43,133 nucleotides of DNA, taken from assembly GCA_031258695.1 (NCBI GenBank), contig JAIRMM010000014.1, forward strand, positions 1 through 43,133. The letters are read 5' to 3'. Made by a program: the position numbers and the translations under genes. The notes below the pieces were generated by a model, which was not told the DNA's origin, did no database searches, and saw nothing but the letters and a program-made list of their open reading frames with translations. Positions 19,526 through 28,475 of this stretch are shown here, piece after piece; position 1 is the stretch's first letter; each line of letters starts with the position of its first letter. This stretch comes from Puniceicoccales bacterium (lineage in GTDB: Bacteria; Verrucomicrobiota; Verrucomicrobiia; Opitutales; JAIRKQ01).

Positions 19526-20774
19526 CGGACTTTAGAATGCTTAGCCTGGCTCGAAAACCTTCTTTCAATATCGACTGTACATCGGATGGCAGCCGTGATT
19601 TCTTTTTTTCAGAGTCATCGTCGGAAGTGGTAGTGGATTGATTCTTCGTGTCTTCGGATTTTAATGCCCGAATGTCTTGTAGGATGGCATCGATGGCGCG
19701 GGATTGTCCCCGTTCAGCGGCCTTCAGCAGGGTAGTTTCAAAGTTTATGGTTTCAGAAATTCCGGTTTTGACGGATTCCTTTGACCGGTGAATTTCTTCC
19801 AATATCCGAACCATGCGGTCGGGGTAATTGCCGTCCCCATCCAAAATACTTTCCAGTTGTTCGTAGATCCTCGCTTCTACGTCGCATAGAACCCTATACA
19901 TGTCGCAATTTTGTGATGAAACTTCATGGGAAATTTTCATGAGTTTTTTATAGTCGCCGTAGTAAATGCCACTGATTATGCCATCGATGGTATTGTCGTC
20001 GGCTAACCCATAGGCAGAATTTATTGCTTCTACGGTTATTTCGTTGCCACAAAAGGTTGCCATTCGGTCAAGGATCGATTCCGCATCTCTGACACCACCG
20101 TTGGCAAGGCGGGCAATGGTAAGAAGTGCACCTTCGAAAATTTTCATTCCTTCGCTCCGGGCGATTGCGGATAATTTTTCAGCCAAGGTGGCAATTGGTA
20201 CGGGCCGGAAGGAAAATCGCTGGCACCGGGACGTTATGGTTGGCAAAACTTTGTGGGCCTCGGTGGTGGCAAAGATAAATTTTACGTGGGTCGGTGGCTC
20301 TTCGAGGGTCTTGAGTAACGCATTGAAGGCGGCATTTGATAGCATATGCACTTCGTCGATGATATATATTTTATATTTGCATGAGATGGGAGCATATCGG
20401 CATTCCTCGCGGAGATCTCGAATTTGCTCGACGGAATTATTCGATGCTCCATCGATTTCTATGACGTCCAAGCAGCTACCCGATGCTATGGAGCGTGAAA
20501 TTTCATCGTCGGGGTCGAAATCTACGGAGGGCCCACCGCTAGCATTCAGAGCCATGGCCAATAGGCGGGCAGTGGTAGTTTTCCCCGTTCCCCGGGGACC
20601 AACAAATAGGTAGGCATGGGCAACACGACCCATATTTATGGCATTGGTTAATGTCCTAACGATGTGATCCTGCCCAATGATCTCCTCAAAAGTTTTTGGG
20701 CGCCAGCGAAGGGCAATTACCCTGTATTGGTTCTGACTTTTGTCCAAATTTCCTTCCACAAAACTTTTCTGCAT
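19518..20774 (-). CDS. dnaX: DNA polymerase III subunit gamma/tau
   Basis: RWRPKTFEEIIGQ, GPRGTGKTT, EIDGASN, IIDEVHML, NALLKTLEEPP and SRCQRF. Confidence 0.96.
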   Translation of the reverse strand: MQKSFVEGNLDKSQNQYRVIALRWRPKTFEEIIGQDHIVRTLTNAINMGRVAHAYLFVGPRGTGKTTTARLLAMALNASGGPSVDFDPDDEISRSIASGSCLDVIEIDGASNNSVEQIRDLREECRYAPISCKYKIYIIDEVHMLSNAAFNALLKTLEEPPTHVKFIFATTEAHKVLPTITSRCQRFSFRPVPIATLAEKLSAIARSEGMKIFEGALLTIARLANGGVRDAESILDRMATFCGNEITVEAINSAYGLADDNTIDGIISGIYYGDYKKLMKISHEVSSQNCDMYRVLCDVEARIYEQLESILDGDGNYPDRMVRILEEIHRSKESVKTGISETINFETTLLKAAERGQSRAIDAILQDIRALKSEDTKNQSTTTSDDDSEKKKSRLPSDVQSILKEGFRARLSILKSDG

Positions 20775-21066
20775 AGAATCCTATGGCATGCAGATGCTGC
20801 AAGTTATCTCTCCAAAGTAAAGTGATATCAAAATGCCCCGCAGGGAAAATTTTTGGAAAACCCACGGCCAAATCCATAGTCCCGGTTGCAAGCACGATGG
20901 CCGCCACAATGTCCCCACTTTGGAACGAAATTTTATGAACATCCATTGGAAATGGGATGGGCGAATTAAAATTTTATAAAAAATTTTTATCCGCTTCTTC
21001 CTTTCATGGGAGCGGTGATCAGGGCATATTTTGCATTTTTCCTAACCAAATTTTCCATAATATTTA

Positions 21067-21118
21067 TTGACTGTGGGGAAAAATGGGAGATACTGTTTGA
21101 AAGTGGTGATTTAGGGCA
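21067..21118 (+). promoter_or_regulatory. mraZ promoter with MraZ-binding repeats
   Basis: TTGACT 21067-21072, 16-bp spacer, GATACT 21089-21094. TGGGG at 21074, TGGGA at 21084 and TGGTG at 21104 lie on a 10-bp grid, matching the known MraZ autoregulatory TGGGN repeats. Confidence 0.7.
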
Positions 21119-21127
21119 AAGGTCAAA

Positions 21128-21586
21128 ATGTTGCAAAATTCGAATAACATTTATGTAGGTGAGCACCGGCGCAACCCGGACGAGAAAGGTAGGGTACTGT
21201 TGCCGGCGAAGTGGAGATTTGGGCCCGAACAACACGAGGTATACATTGCCATCCCTAATCCATCCGGATGCATAATCGTTTATCCTCCCAAAATGGTAGA
21301 AAAATTGAGAGAAAAGGCTTACAATGTGAGCCTAGGAGATAAAAAGGGTCAAAAAACCCTCACGAGACTTTTTTCGAAGGCCGACCAGCTTACCTGTGAT
21401 AGCCAGGGGAGGATTTTGCTCAACCAAATGCTCTGTGTCCACGGAGGATTAAGCAGGGAAATCCTGATGGTGGGTAATTTCATAACTTTTAGCATCTGGG
21501 ATCCGGTAAGGTACGAAAAATATTTGAGTAAGGATGAGGAAGAGGATGACGAAATCAGCGTAATTTTAACGCAGCTTGGACTATGA
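21128..21586 (+). CDS. mraZ: Division/cell wall cluster transcriptional repressor MraZ
   Basis: Two SpoVT-AbrB repeats, DEKGRVLLP and DSQGRILL; ATGA overlap with rsmH. Confidence 0.92.
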   Translation: MLQNSNNIYVGEHRRNPDEKGRVLLPAKWRFGPEQHEVYIAIPNPSGCIIVYPPKMVEKLREKAYNVSLGDKKGQKTLTRLFSKADQLTCDSQGRILLNQMLCVHGGLSREILMVGNFITFSIWDPVRYEKYLSKDEEEDDEISVILTQLGL

Positions 21587-22527
21587 TAGGAGAGGCACAG
21601 TTATCATTATCCCATTGTTCGGTTCTTCTGAATGATGTCGTGGAATGGTTAAATCCATCCAAGGGTGGACAATTTTTGGACTGTACATTCGGGGGTGGGG
21701 GACACAGTGAAGCCTTGTTGCAGGCCAATGAAAAGAACTTTGTCTATGCCATTGACCGTGATCCAAGTGCCAAACAACGGGCCCAAAAGCTTTCGTTGAC
21801 CCACAGTAACTTTAGATTTTATCAGGTCAATTTTTCCGAGGTTGGCTGTCTGCGTGTGCCTCCACTGGACGGCATTGTAATGGATTTGGGAGTTTCGTCC
21901 TTCCAACTCGACGACGAAAATAGGGGTTTTTCTTTCAAGTATCACAGCCCATTGGACATGCGCATGGACAACGGTCGTGGGATCACGGCGGCGGACTTTC
22001 TATACAAGGCCAGTGAACGGGAATTGATAACAGCCATTCGGGACTACGGAGAGGAGGAATATTGGAAAAAAATCATCCCTACTATTTTGGACAATAGAAA
22101 AAATCCGGATATGAAATATGCCGACAGTTTTGCCAAAATCATCTCCGGCTGCATTCCCAAGAAAAAAGGACAAAAAATTCATCCGGCTACCAAAACATTT
22201 CAGGGGATAAGAATTTTCATTAACGATGAATTGGGTTCCCTGGAAGCGGCATTGCCCATTTTGTTCAACAAATTGGCGATGGGTGGGCGACTAGCCGTAA
22301 TCAGTTTCCATTCCCTGGAGGACAAAATCGTCAAAAAGTTTTTCAACCAAATGGCCGGGAAGGCGATCGATAAATTCGACAGTCAACCCCAACAAGAGCG
22401 AGTTTCCCATGCCAATATTTTAACAAAAAAACCGATTACTTCCGATGAAACCGAAGTGGATCATAATCCGCGCAGCCGATCTGCCAAATTACGCATTTTA
22501 GAAAAAACACGCAGCATACTAAATTGA
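21583..22527 (+). CDS. rsmH: 16S rRNA m4C1402 methyltransferase
   Basis: DCTFGGGGHS, DLGVSSFQLD, RGFSF, PLDMRM, HPATKTFQGIRIFINDEL, ISFHSLED and NPRSRSAKLR. Confidence 0.97.
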   Translation: MIGEAQLSLSHCSVLLNDVVEWLNPSKGGQFLDCTFGGGGHSEALLQANEKNFVYAIDRDPSAKQRAQKLSLTHSNFRFYQVNFSEVGCLRVPPLDGIVMDLGVSSFQLDDENRGFSFKYHSPLDMRMDNGRGITAADFLYKASERELITAIRDYGEEEYWKKIIPTILDNRKNPDMKYADSFAKIISGCIPKKKGQKIHPATKTFQGIRIFINDELGSLEAALPILFNKLAMGGRLAVISFHSLEDKIVKKFFNQMAGKAIDKFDSQPQQERVSHANILTKKPITSDETEVDHNPRSRSAKLRILEKTRSILN

Positions 22528-22922
22528 ATATGGAAAATAAGTCAGACAGATTTTTTCAAATTTGTACATTGTTGTGCATAGGTGGTGTTTTTATGTCATT
22601 TTTTCTGTCTTTGTCTTTGGTTAAAGCGAGGCAAAACATAATATCATGGGGGCGAAAAATATCAGAACATGAGCGGATTTTATCCCTATATGTCACAAAA
22701 AACACAGAACTGGATAGGGAAATTTTAAAACTTAGCTCTACCCAGTCCCTACATGAATTCATCGAAACAAATGGCCTTGTGGTCGCAGATGTACACAATA
22801 CGGTAAAAGTGTCAAAAACGGAAGTCAATTTTTACGCCCTCAACCATTCGGTTGATAAGGTTGCAAATCGACTTCCCCAGGAAAAATTTCCAAAACAAAC
22901 TAGTCTAACCATGCGTAACTAA
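22524..22922 (+). CDS. Bitopic membrane protein, FtsL-like by position
   Basis: One TM segment (ICTLLCIGGVFMSFFLSLSLV) followed by a coiled-coil-like stretch; directly after mraZ-rsmH, where ftsL normally sits. Confidence 0.55.
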   Translation: MNMENKSDRFFQICTLLCIGGVFMSFFLSLSLVKARQNIISWGRKISEHERILSLYVTKNTELDREILKLSSTQSLHEFIETNGLVVADVHNTVKVSKTEVNFYALNHSVDKVANRLPQEKFPKQTSLTMRN

Positions 22923-22995
22923 GATTACAACAATCAGGTAAACACACCATCCCCTAGGGCAGGACTCATAAAGAGAGATGCTATGAATCCTGACC

Positions 22996-25164
22996 CTAGG
23001 CTGATAGGTACAGCCCTGTCAATCGTTTTGTCCTTTCCTTATTTTGGGCTGCAATGGAGTATGCCCTAGGGTCCCCAACGATAAACACTTTATTTTTTCC
23101 ACGGGTGATGGCGGTGTACAGAAGGTTGCGCTGTAGCATTATGTAATGCTGTTTCAACAGTGCAACTATTACGATGGGAAATTCACTACCCTGGGATTTG
23201 TGTATGCTTATGGCATAGGCCAAATGGATATCCGACAAATTCCCTTTGTTTAGGCATATGGTCTCATCTCCGAATTTGGCCGTTGCCGTGTGATCGTCGT
23301 TGTTTAAATAGGTTATATTGCCAAGGTCTCCGTTGAAAATATTCTTTTCGTAATTGTTTCTTATTTGAATGATTTTATCCGCAATCCTAAACTGGGTCCA
23401 AGGAACACCATACTCCTTCGGAATGAAGATGTTTTGAAAAGTGGTATTTAAATTTTCCGTTCCAATTATTCCCTGGTGTACGGGGACCAAAATCTGCACA
23501 TCGTTGATTGGGTCAACATTGTACCACATCGGAAGATACTTTTGACACAGGAGAGTTATCTTTTCCAAACAAATTTCAGGGGTTTCAGCCCCTATGAGGT
23601 GAAAATCGCGGGATGGATTAATATCGCCGAAGGAATGCATTATTTCTGGGCAATCTTCCACTCCATGGATGATGTTGTGGGCGACAGAAACGATTTCGCT
23701 GCAAGCTTCCTGGCGAAAGATTCTATCCAACCGCGTGACATGAAATTTTCCAGATTTTATAATGTCCCCCAATACATTTCCCGGGCCCACGGAAGGCAAT
23801 TGGTCGATATCACCGACAAGCAGCACGTGGGCGGTGGTTGGAAGCGCTCTAAACAATGATGCAGCCAGAAAAACATCAACCATGCTTGCCTCGTCTACTA
23901 CGATAAAATCCAATTTGAGCGGCATAGATTCGTCGTGCAAAAATGTGCGTTCCCCGGGCTTATATTGCAGTAACCTGTGAATGGTTTGGGCAGGTTTCCC
24001 CGTGGTTTCGGAAATTTTTTGGGCAGCGCGCCCCGTGGGAGCACACAGTACGATGTTTGCTTTTTTGGCAGAAAGAATTGTCACAAGGGAACGGAGGATG
24101 GTCGTTTTCCCAGTCCCGGGTCCACCGGTCAAGATCGATACTTTGTTGGTCAACGCAGCTTCGATGGCTGCAATTTGTGCCGGTGCAAATGCCAAACTCT
24201 CACGCTTTTGTACCCAATCGATCGCTTTTTCTGTCCAAATATCGGGCAGCGTTGAACTTTTATCGAAGAGAATATTTTGCAAACACTTGGCTATGGTATC
24301 TTCCATGTTTTTCAGCGATGACTTTTGTACGATTTCATCGGAGATCATGCACAACCTCCCGAAGGTGATTAACTTTTCAACGCGTTCGTTTATCCTGTCG
24401 GGAGACAATTCCAACAAAATTTGTGCTGATTTTAGTAACTGTTGGCGGTGGATACACGTATGGCCATCATCTTCGGCCAGCGATAAAATGTGCATAATTC
24501 CAGCATCGATACGGGATGAATGCGTGGAAGGGATGCCAAGATTTTTCGCAATTTTATCGGCTGTTTTGAATCCCACCCCTTGTACCTCCTGGGCAACGCG
24601 ATAGGGATCGGTTTCCAAAATTGTCCGTGCTCCAACACCATATTTCTCGTATAATTTGATGCACAGCGCATTGGTCACATCGTAGGTCTGCAAAAAAATC
24701 ATGATATCCCGTATGGCAAATTGGGAATCCCAGGCATCTTTTATCTTTGCCGCACGCTGTTTCCCAATCCCATCAACTTCCAACAACCGAGCAGATTCGG
24801 TCGACAGAATATTAAACGTATCCGCTCCGAAATAATCTACTATTTTCTTCGCATAGATTTTCCCAATTCCTTCGATTAATCCGCTACCCAGGTAACGCCG
24901 AATACCCCTAATATCGGAAGGCAATTTGGACTCGAAGTGTTCCACATTAAACTGCTTCCCATGCCTTTCGTGGACCGTCCAATTCCCTGTCATTTCCAAG
25001 GTTTCCCCAGGCTGAACGCCCGGTAAAATTCCACACGCCGTTATCTTACTTCCCGATTCCGATTCCTTGACCTCTATGATACTATAGAAATTGGTATCGT
25101 TTCGAAAAATAATCCTTTCGAGTACGCCTGCTATGGTTGGTTTCGACTCTTCTGTTTCGGTCAC
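22996..25164 (-). CDS. recD2: ATP-dependent RecD-like DNA helicase RecD2
   Basis: N-terminal OB/HhH region (HERHGKQF, YLGSGLIEGIG), TGGPGTGKT, APTGRAA, DEASMVD, GDIDQLPSVGPG, AYAISIHKSQGSEF and LYTAITR. Confidence 0.95.
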   Translation of the reverse strand: MTETEESKPTIAGVLERIIFRNDTNFYSIIEVKESESGSKITACGILPGVQPGETLEMTGNWTVHERHGKQFNVEHFESKLPSDIRGIRRYLGSGLIEGIGKIYAKKIVDYFGADTFNILSTESARLLEVDGIGKQRAAKIKDAWDSQFAIRDIMIFLQTYDVTNALCIKLYEKYGVGARTILETDPYRVAQEVQGVGFKTADKIAKNLGIPSTHSSRIDAGIMHILSLAEDDGHTCIHRQQLLKSAQILLELSPDRINERVEKLITFGRLCMISDEIVQKSSLKNMEDTIAKCLQNILFDKSSTLPDIWTEKAIDWVQKRESLAFAPAQIAAIEAALTNKVSILTGGPGTGKTTILRSLVTILSAKKANIVLCAPTGRAAQKISETTGKPAQTIHRLLQYKPGERTFLHDESMPLKLDFIVVDEASMVDVFLAASLFRALPTTAHVLLVGDIDQLPSVGPGNVLGDIIKSGKFHVTRLDRIFRQEACSEIVSVAHNIIHGVEDCPEIMHSFGDINPSRDFHLIGAETPEICLEKITLLCQKYLPMWYNVDPINDVQILVPVHQGIIGTENLNTTFQNIFIPKEYGVPWTQFRIADKIIQIRNNYEKNIFNGDLGNITYLNNDDHTATAKFGDETICLNKGNLSDIHLAYAISIHKSQGSEFPIVIVALLKQHYIMLQRNLLYTAITRGKNKVFIVGDPRAYSIAAQNKERTKRLTGLYLSA

Positions 25165-25358
25165 CTATTCCCCCATGGTAATGGTTGGTGCAACATTTTC
25201 TGCCAAAACCTCATCGTCTCCGCCCATGCGACCACCGGCGATGCATACCTAATTTTGCTAATGTTTTGCATGGCCAACAAAAAACTCAGTAATCCAATAA
25301 TTGCAAGTGTTTAAGCATTTTCCATGGGTTTGAACATAAACCATTGAAGAGGGCAGGG

Positions 25359-26372
25359 CTAATAGTTTAAAATTTTCATGCCCTCCATGATATAATTTTG
25401 CACATAATCCTTTACGGCGGCTTTTAGAGATGTAACTTGCTGGTCATATCCCAGGCTGCGCAGCTTCGAAATATCTGCACAGGTATGGTATTGGTATTTG
25501 TCTTTTAACTCACTTGGCATATCGATAAATTCTATGCAGGCTTCCCTGCCCATGGCTTCAAAAACGGCCAGTGCTAATTCTTTCCATGTGGATGCCACTC
25601 CAGAACCAAGATTATAGGTGCCATGGGTGGGATTCCCATTGGCCACTTCTGGAATTTCTGCCAAGAATATTGTCATGGCAACGGCATCTTTTACATACAA
25701 AAAATCCCGCCTCTGTTCCCCATCCTTAAATTCCTGCCTGCCACTTTTGAACAGGTACACCTTGCCACTTGCGAGAATTGATTCGTAGGCCCTTAATACC
25801 ATGCTACGCATGTTGCCCTTGTGATATTCATTGGGGCCGAAAACATTGAAATATTTCATGCCATGGACGCGTAAATTGTTTCTAGCGGCGTACAAATCGA
25901 AGAGATGTTTGGAATATCCGTACATGTTCAATGGGCGTAGGTCGGTGTTCGGAAAAACTTCATCGGACATTCCCCGGGAACAATCCCCGTAGGTGGCCGC
26001 CGATGATGCATAGACAAAACGGATATGTCCGCTGTGTGCAAAATTTGCCAATGTCTTTGTGTATTCGTAATTGTTTTTAATCAGATAGGTTGCGTTCTTT
26101 TCCGTGGTTGACGAACATGCCCCAAGGTGAAAGATATGAGTAACCGTATTCATCTTGGGATCTTTTTTTTCTACCATGTCAAGCATGGTATCCGCTTCGA
26201 CATAGTCGTTGAACCGCAGGGGAACAATGTTGAGAAATTTATTGTCACTGCCTAAAAAATCTGAAACGATGATATTTTCAAATCCCCTGTTGTTCAATTC
26301 ACCGATCAAAGCACTCCCAATGAATCCAGCACCGCCCGTGACTAAAATAGTTCCTGCCTCTGAAAGTTTCAT
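25359..26372 (-). CDS. hldD: ADP-L-glycero-D-manno-heptose 6-epimerase
   Basis: VTGGAGFIGS, HLGACSSTTE, YASSAATYG, PLNMYGYSK, YFNVFGPNEYHKG, RDFLYVKD and KYQYHT. Confidence 0.95.
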   Translation of the reverse strand: MKLSEAGTILVTGGAGFIGSALIGELNNRGFENIIVSDFLGSDNKFLNIVPLRFNDYVEADTMLDMVEKKDPKMNTVTHIFHLGACSSTTEKNATYLIKNNYEYTKTLANFAHSGHIRFVYASSAATYGDCSRGMSDEVFPNTDLRPLNMYGYSKHLFDLYAARNNLRVHGMKYFNVFGPNEYHKGNMRSMVLRAYESILASGKVYLFKSGRQEFKDGEQRRDFLYVKDAVAMTIFLAEIPEVANGNPTHGTYNLGSGVASTWKELALAVFEAMGREACIEFIDMPSELKDKYQYHTCADISKLRSLGYDQQVTSLKAAVKDYVQNYIMEGMKILNY

Positions 26373-26534
26373 GGGCTTGGATGATTAAAATTTTTTGCCC
26401 ATTGGCAATAGCCGACATAAAATCTACGAACTATTCAAGCCGTTATCTTTCTAACCATGGACAGGGAAAGGATCTGAAAAGTGTGTGAGATTTTAACGTT
26501 GATTAAAGATTTGGGATATGTATCTTGCTTGTCA

Positions 26535-26996
26535 ATGAAATGCCCGAAGTGCGGACATTTATGTTCAAAAGTTACCGATACTCGCGTTACTGCGGATATG
26601 ACTTCCATCCGCCGCAGGCGCGTATGCCTAAAGTGCGACCATAGGTTTTTTACGAATGAAATCCCGTGCATCGAATACCCAATGGTTATTAAACGGGACG
26701 GCCGAAAGGAAGAGTTTGACGGAGAAAAAATCAAAGCCGGGCTGATGAAAGCGTTTAAAAAACAAAACGGAATCAAGGAAAAAATTAATAATATCCTCAA
26801 TGGGGTTTTGGCAGAAATTATTTCGAAATACCCGGAAAAAGTTCCTTCGGAGAAAATTGGAGCCATGATAATGGACCAACTGAGGACCAGCGAACCAGTC
26901 GCCTATCTGCGCTTCGCCAGCGTACACAAAAATTTCGAAACGGCAAAAGATTTCGCCCTAGAATTCGAACAGCTGTTGCTAGACCTCCCCAAGTAG
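26535..26996 (+). CDS. nrdR: Transcriptional repressor NrdR
   Basis: MKCPKC...IRRRRVCLKCDHRF zinc ribbon, ATP cone VIKRDGRKEEFD, and VAYLRFASVH. Start at ATG 26535. Confidence 0.95.
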   Translation: MKCPKCGHLCSKVTDTRVTADMTSIRRRRVCLKCDHRFFTNEIPCIEYPMVIKRDGRKEEFDGEKIKAGLMKAFKKQNGIKEKINNILNGVLAEIISKYPEKVPSEKIGAMIMDQLRTSEPVAYLRFASVHKNFETAKDFALEFEQLLLDLPK

Positions 26997-27134
26997 AGAA
27001 TCAAATAAAAAATTAAAATCTCAGCATCATATTTCTGCTGCGGAATTTTCCGAATTTTTGACATAAATGATTGACATTTTCGAACAAAAAAACACACCGC
27101 ATACCTGCGGCCTGGGAAGAAGGAGGAAAGATAT

Positions 27135-28472
27135 GTGGATAAAAATATGAATAGTGAGATAAGCCATGAGATAATAAAACGCTTCGGAGTGTTGATAGAG
27201 AAAAAAGTCTGTGGGGAAGAACTGACCGACAATGAAATACGAGAGATAACAAATGCCATAATTACCCAAAGAATTCCTGATTTCCAGCTATCGGCTTTTT
27301 TGATGGCGGTGTATTTCCAAAGTATGAGTATCCAGGAGGCTTCGACATGGACGGAAGAATTGATGCTGTCCGGTGATATCATCGACATTGGGATGATTTC
27401 GGGCCCCAAGGTTGATAGGTGTTCCACGGGAGGAGTAGGAGATAAGTCGGCTTTTGTATTGATGGCAATAGCTGCCTGTTGTGGAATAGCAGTTCCCACA
27501 TTGGTCGATAGCTACGACGGGTTGATCATTTCTGATTTGGACAAAATGTCATCAATCCCCGGGTTTGACCATAAATTTGATACTAAAAAGTTTCAAAAAC
27601 AACTTAAAAAAATGGGATGTTGCTACTATAAACAGCCGGAAAATATTGCACCCGTAGATGTGACTCTCGATAAGGTTAGGCGTCTAATTGGCACAATTTC
27701 CAGTGTTCCGCTTGTGACGGGAAGCATTTTGGGGAGCAAATTATCTTCCGGGGCGGACGGCGTCGTTGTCGATGTTAAGTGGGGCAACGGTTCCTTCGTG
27801 AAGGATATGGAGCAAGCCAAACAGCTCGGTAGAATGATAACGCGGGTCGCTCGGGCTTTGAATAAAAAGTGCATTGCGATTGTGACGGATGCCAATCAAC
27901 CCCTTGGAAAAACGGTGGGGACTTGGTTGGAAATCAAAGAAACCATCGAATTACTACAGGGACAGGGCGATGCAGAAATGCAAGATTTAATCCTGCGAGT
28001 TGGTATGGAATTTATCAGATTAGCGGGAGTCGCAGGGTCAACATTGTCAGCCAAACAATTGATCATCAAAAAACTTTCCGATGGATCAGCCCTAAATAAA
28101 TTTAAAGAATTGATAGCAGAACAGGGAGGAGATGTGTCATATATCGACAACCCGGAAAAATATCCGCAGGCTAAATATTCCCGCAAACTATCTGCGCAAA
28201 AACGGGGCTACATACACACGGTAAACGCCGGTATGATTGCGCGGGGGGTAAGTATTTTGTCCAAAAAACCCGATGGGACCATAGACCACATGGTTGGGGT
28301 ATCCGACATAATGAAAGTTGGCATGCAGATTAAACAAGGGGAGCCGCTCATAATGATTCACTATAACGATGAAACAAACCTTGAATCCGCCCTGGAGTAC
28401 TTTAGGGATGCCTATAGGCTTGCTCCGAAAAGGCCGGCATTAAATGAATTAATCGTGGAACGCATTGCATAG
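27135..28472 (+). CDS. Thymidine/pyrimidine-nucleoside phosphorylase homolog with a degenerate active site
   Basis: IEKK..GEEL, QLSAFLMAVYF, STGGVGDK, LDKMSSIPG, VDVKWGNGSFVK and TDANQPLG; full length (445 aa); SD AGGAGG at 27121-27126. Confidence 0.88.
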   Translation: MDKNMNSEISHEIIKRFGVLIEKKVCGEELTDNEIREITNAIITQRIPDFQLSAFLMAVYFQSMSIQEASTWTEELMLSGDIIDIGMISGPKVDRCSTGGVGDKSAFVLMAIAACCGIAVPTLVDSYDGLIISDLDKMSSIPGFDHKFDTKKFQKQLKKMGCCYYKQPENIAPVDVTLDKVRRLIGTISSVPLVTGSILGSKLSSGADGVVVDVKWGNGSFVKDMEQAKQLGRMITRVARALNKKCIAIVTDANQPLGKTVGTWLEIKETIELLQGQGDAEMQDLILRVGMEFIRLAGVAGSTLSAKQLIIKKLSDGSALNKFKELIAEQGGDVSYIDNPEKYPQAKYSRKLSAQKRGYIHTVNAGMIARGVSILSKKPDGTIDHMVGVSDIMKVGMQIKQGEPLIMIHYNDETNLESALEYFRDAYRLAPKRPALNELIVERIA

Positions 28473-28475
28473 CAT

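Noticed and set aside
19518-19610. DnaX-XerD fusion by frameshifting at the A7 run
   Set aside because: The xerD frame has a TGA between the A run and the xerD start, and the -1 frame is not the xerD frame.
20985-21020. Possible SRP RNA (ffs) upstream of dnaX: hairpin CCGCT...GAAAGGAAGAAGCGG on the minus strand
   Set aside because: It lacks the conserved CAGG/AGCAG internal loop of helix 8 and the long closing stem; no tRNA is seen in this gap either.
26997-27134. NrdR box or riboswitch ahead of the phosphorylase-like gene
   Set aside because: No match to the acaCwAtATaTwGtgt consensus; only a 5-bp hairpin, CCGCA-TACC-TGCGG, is present.
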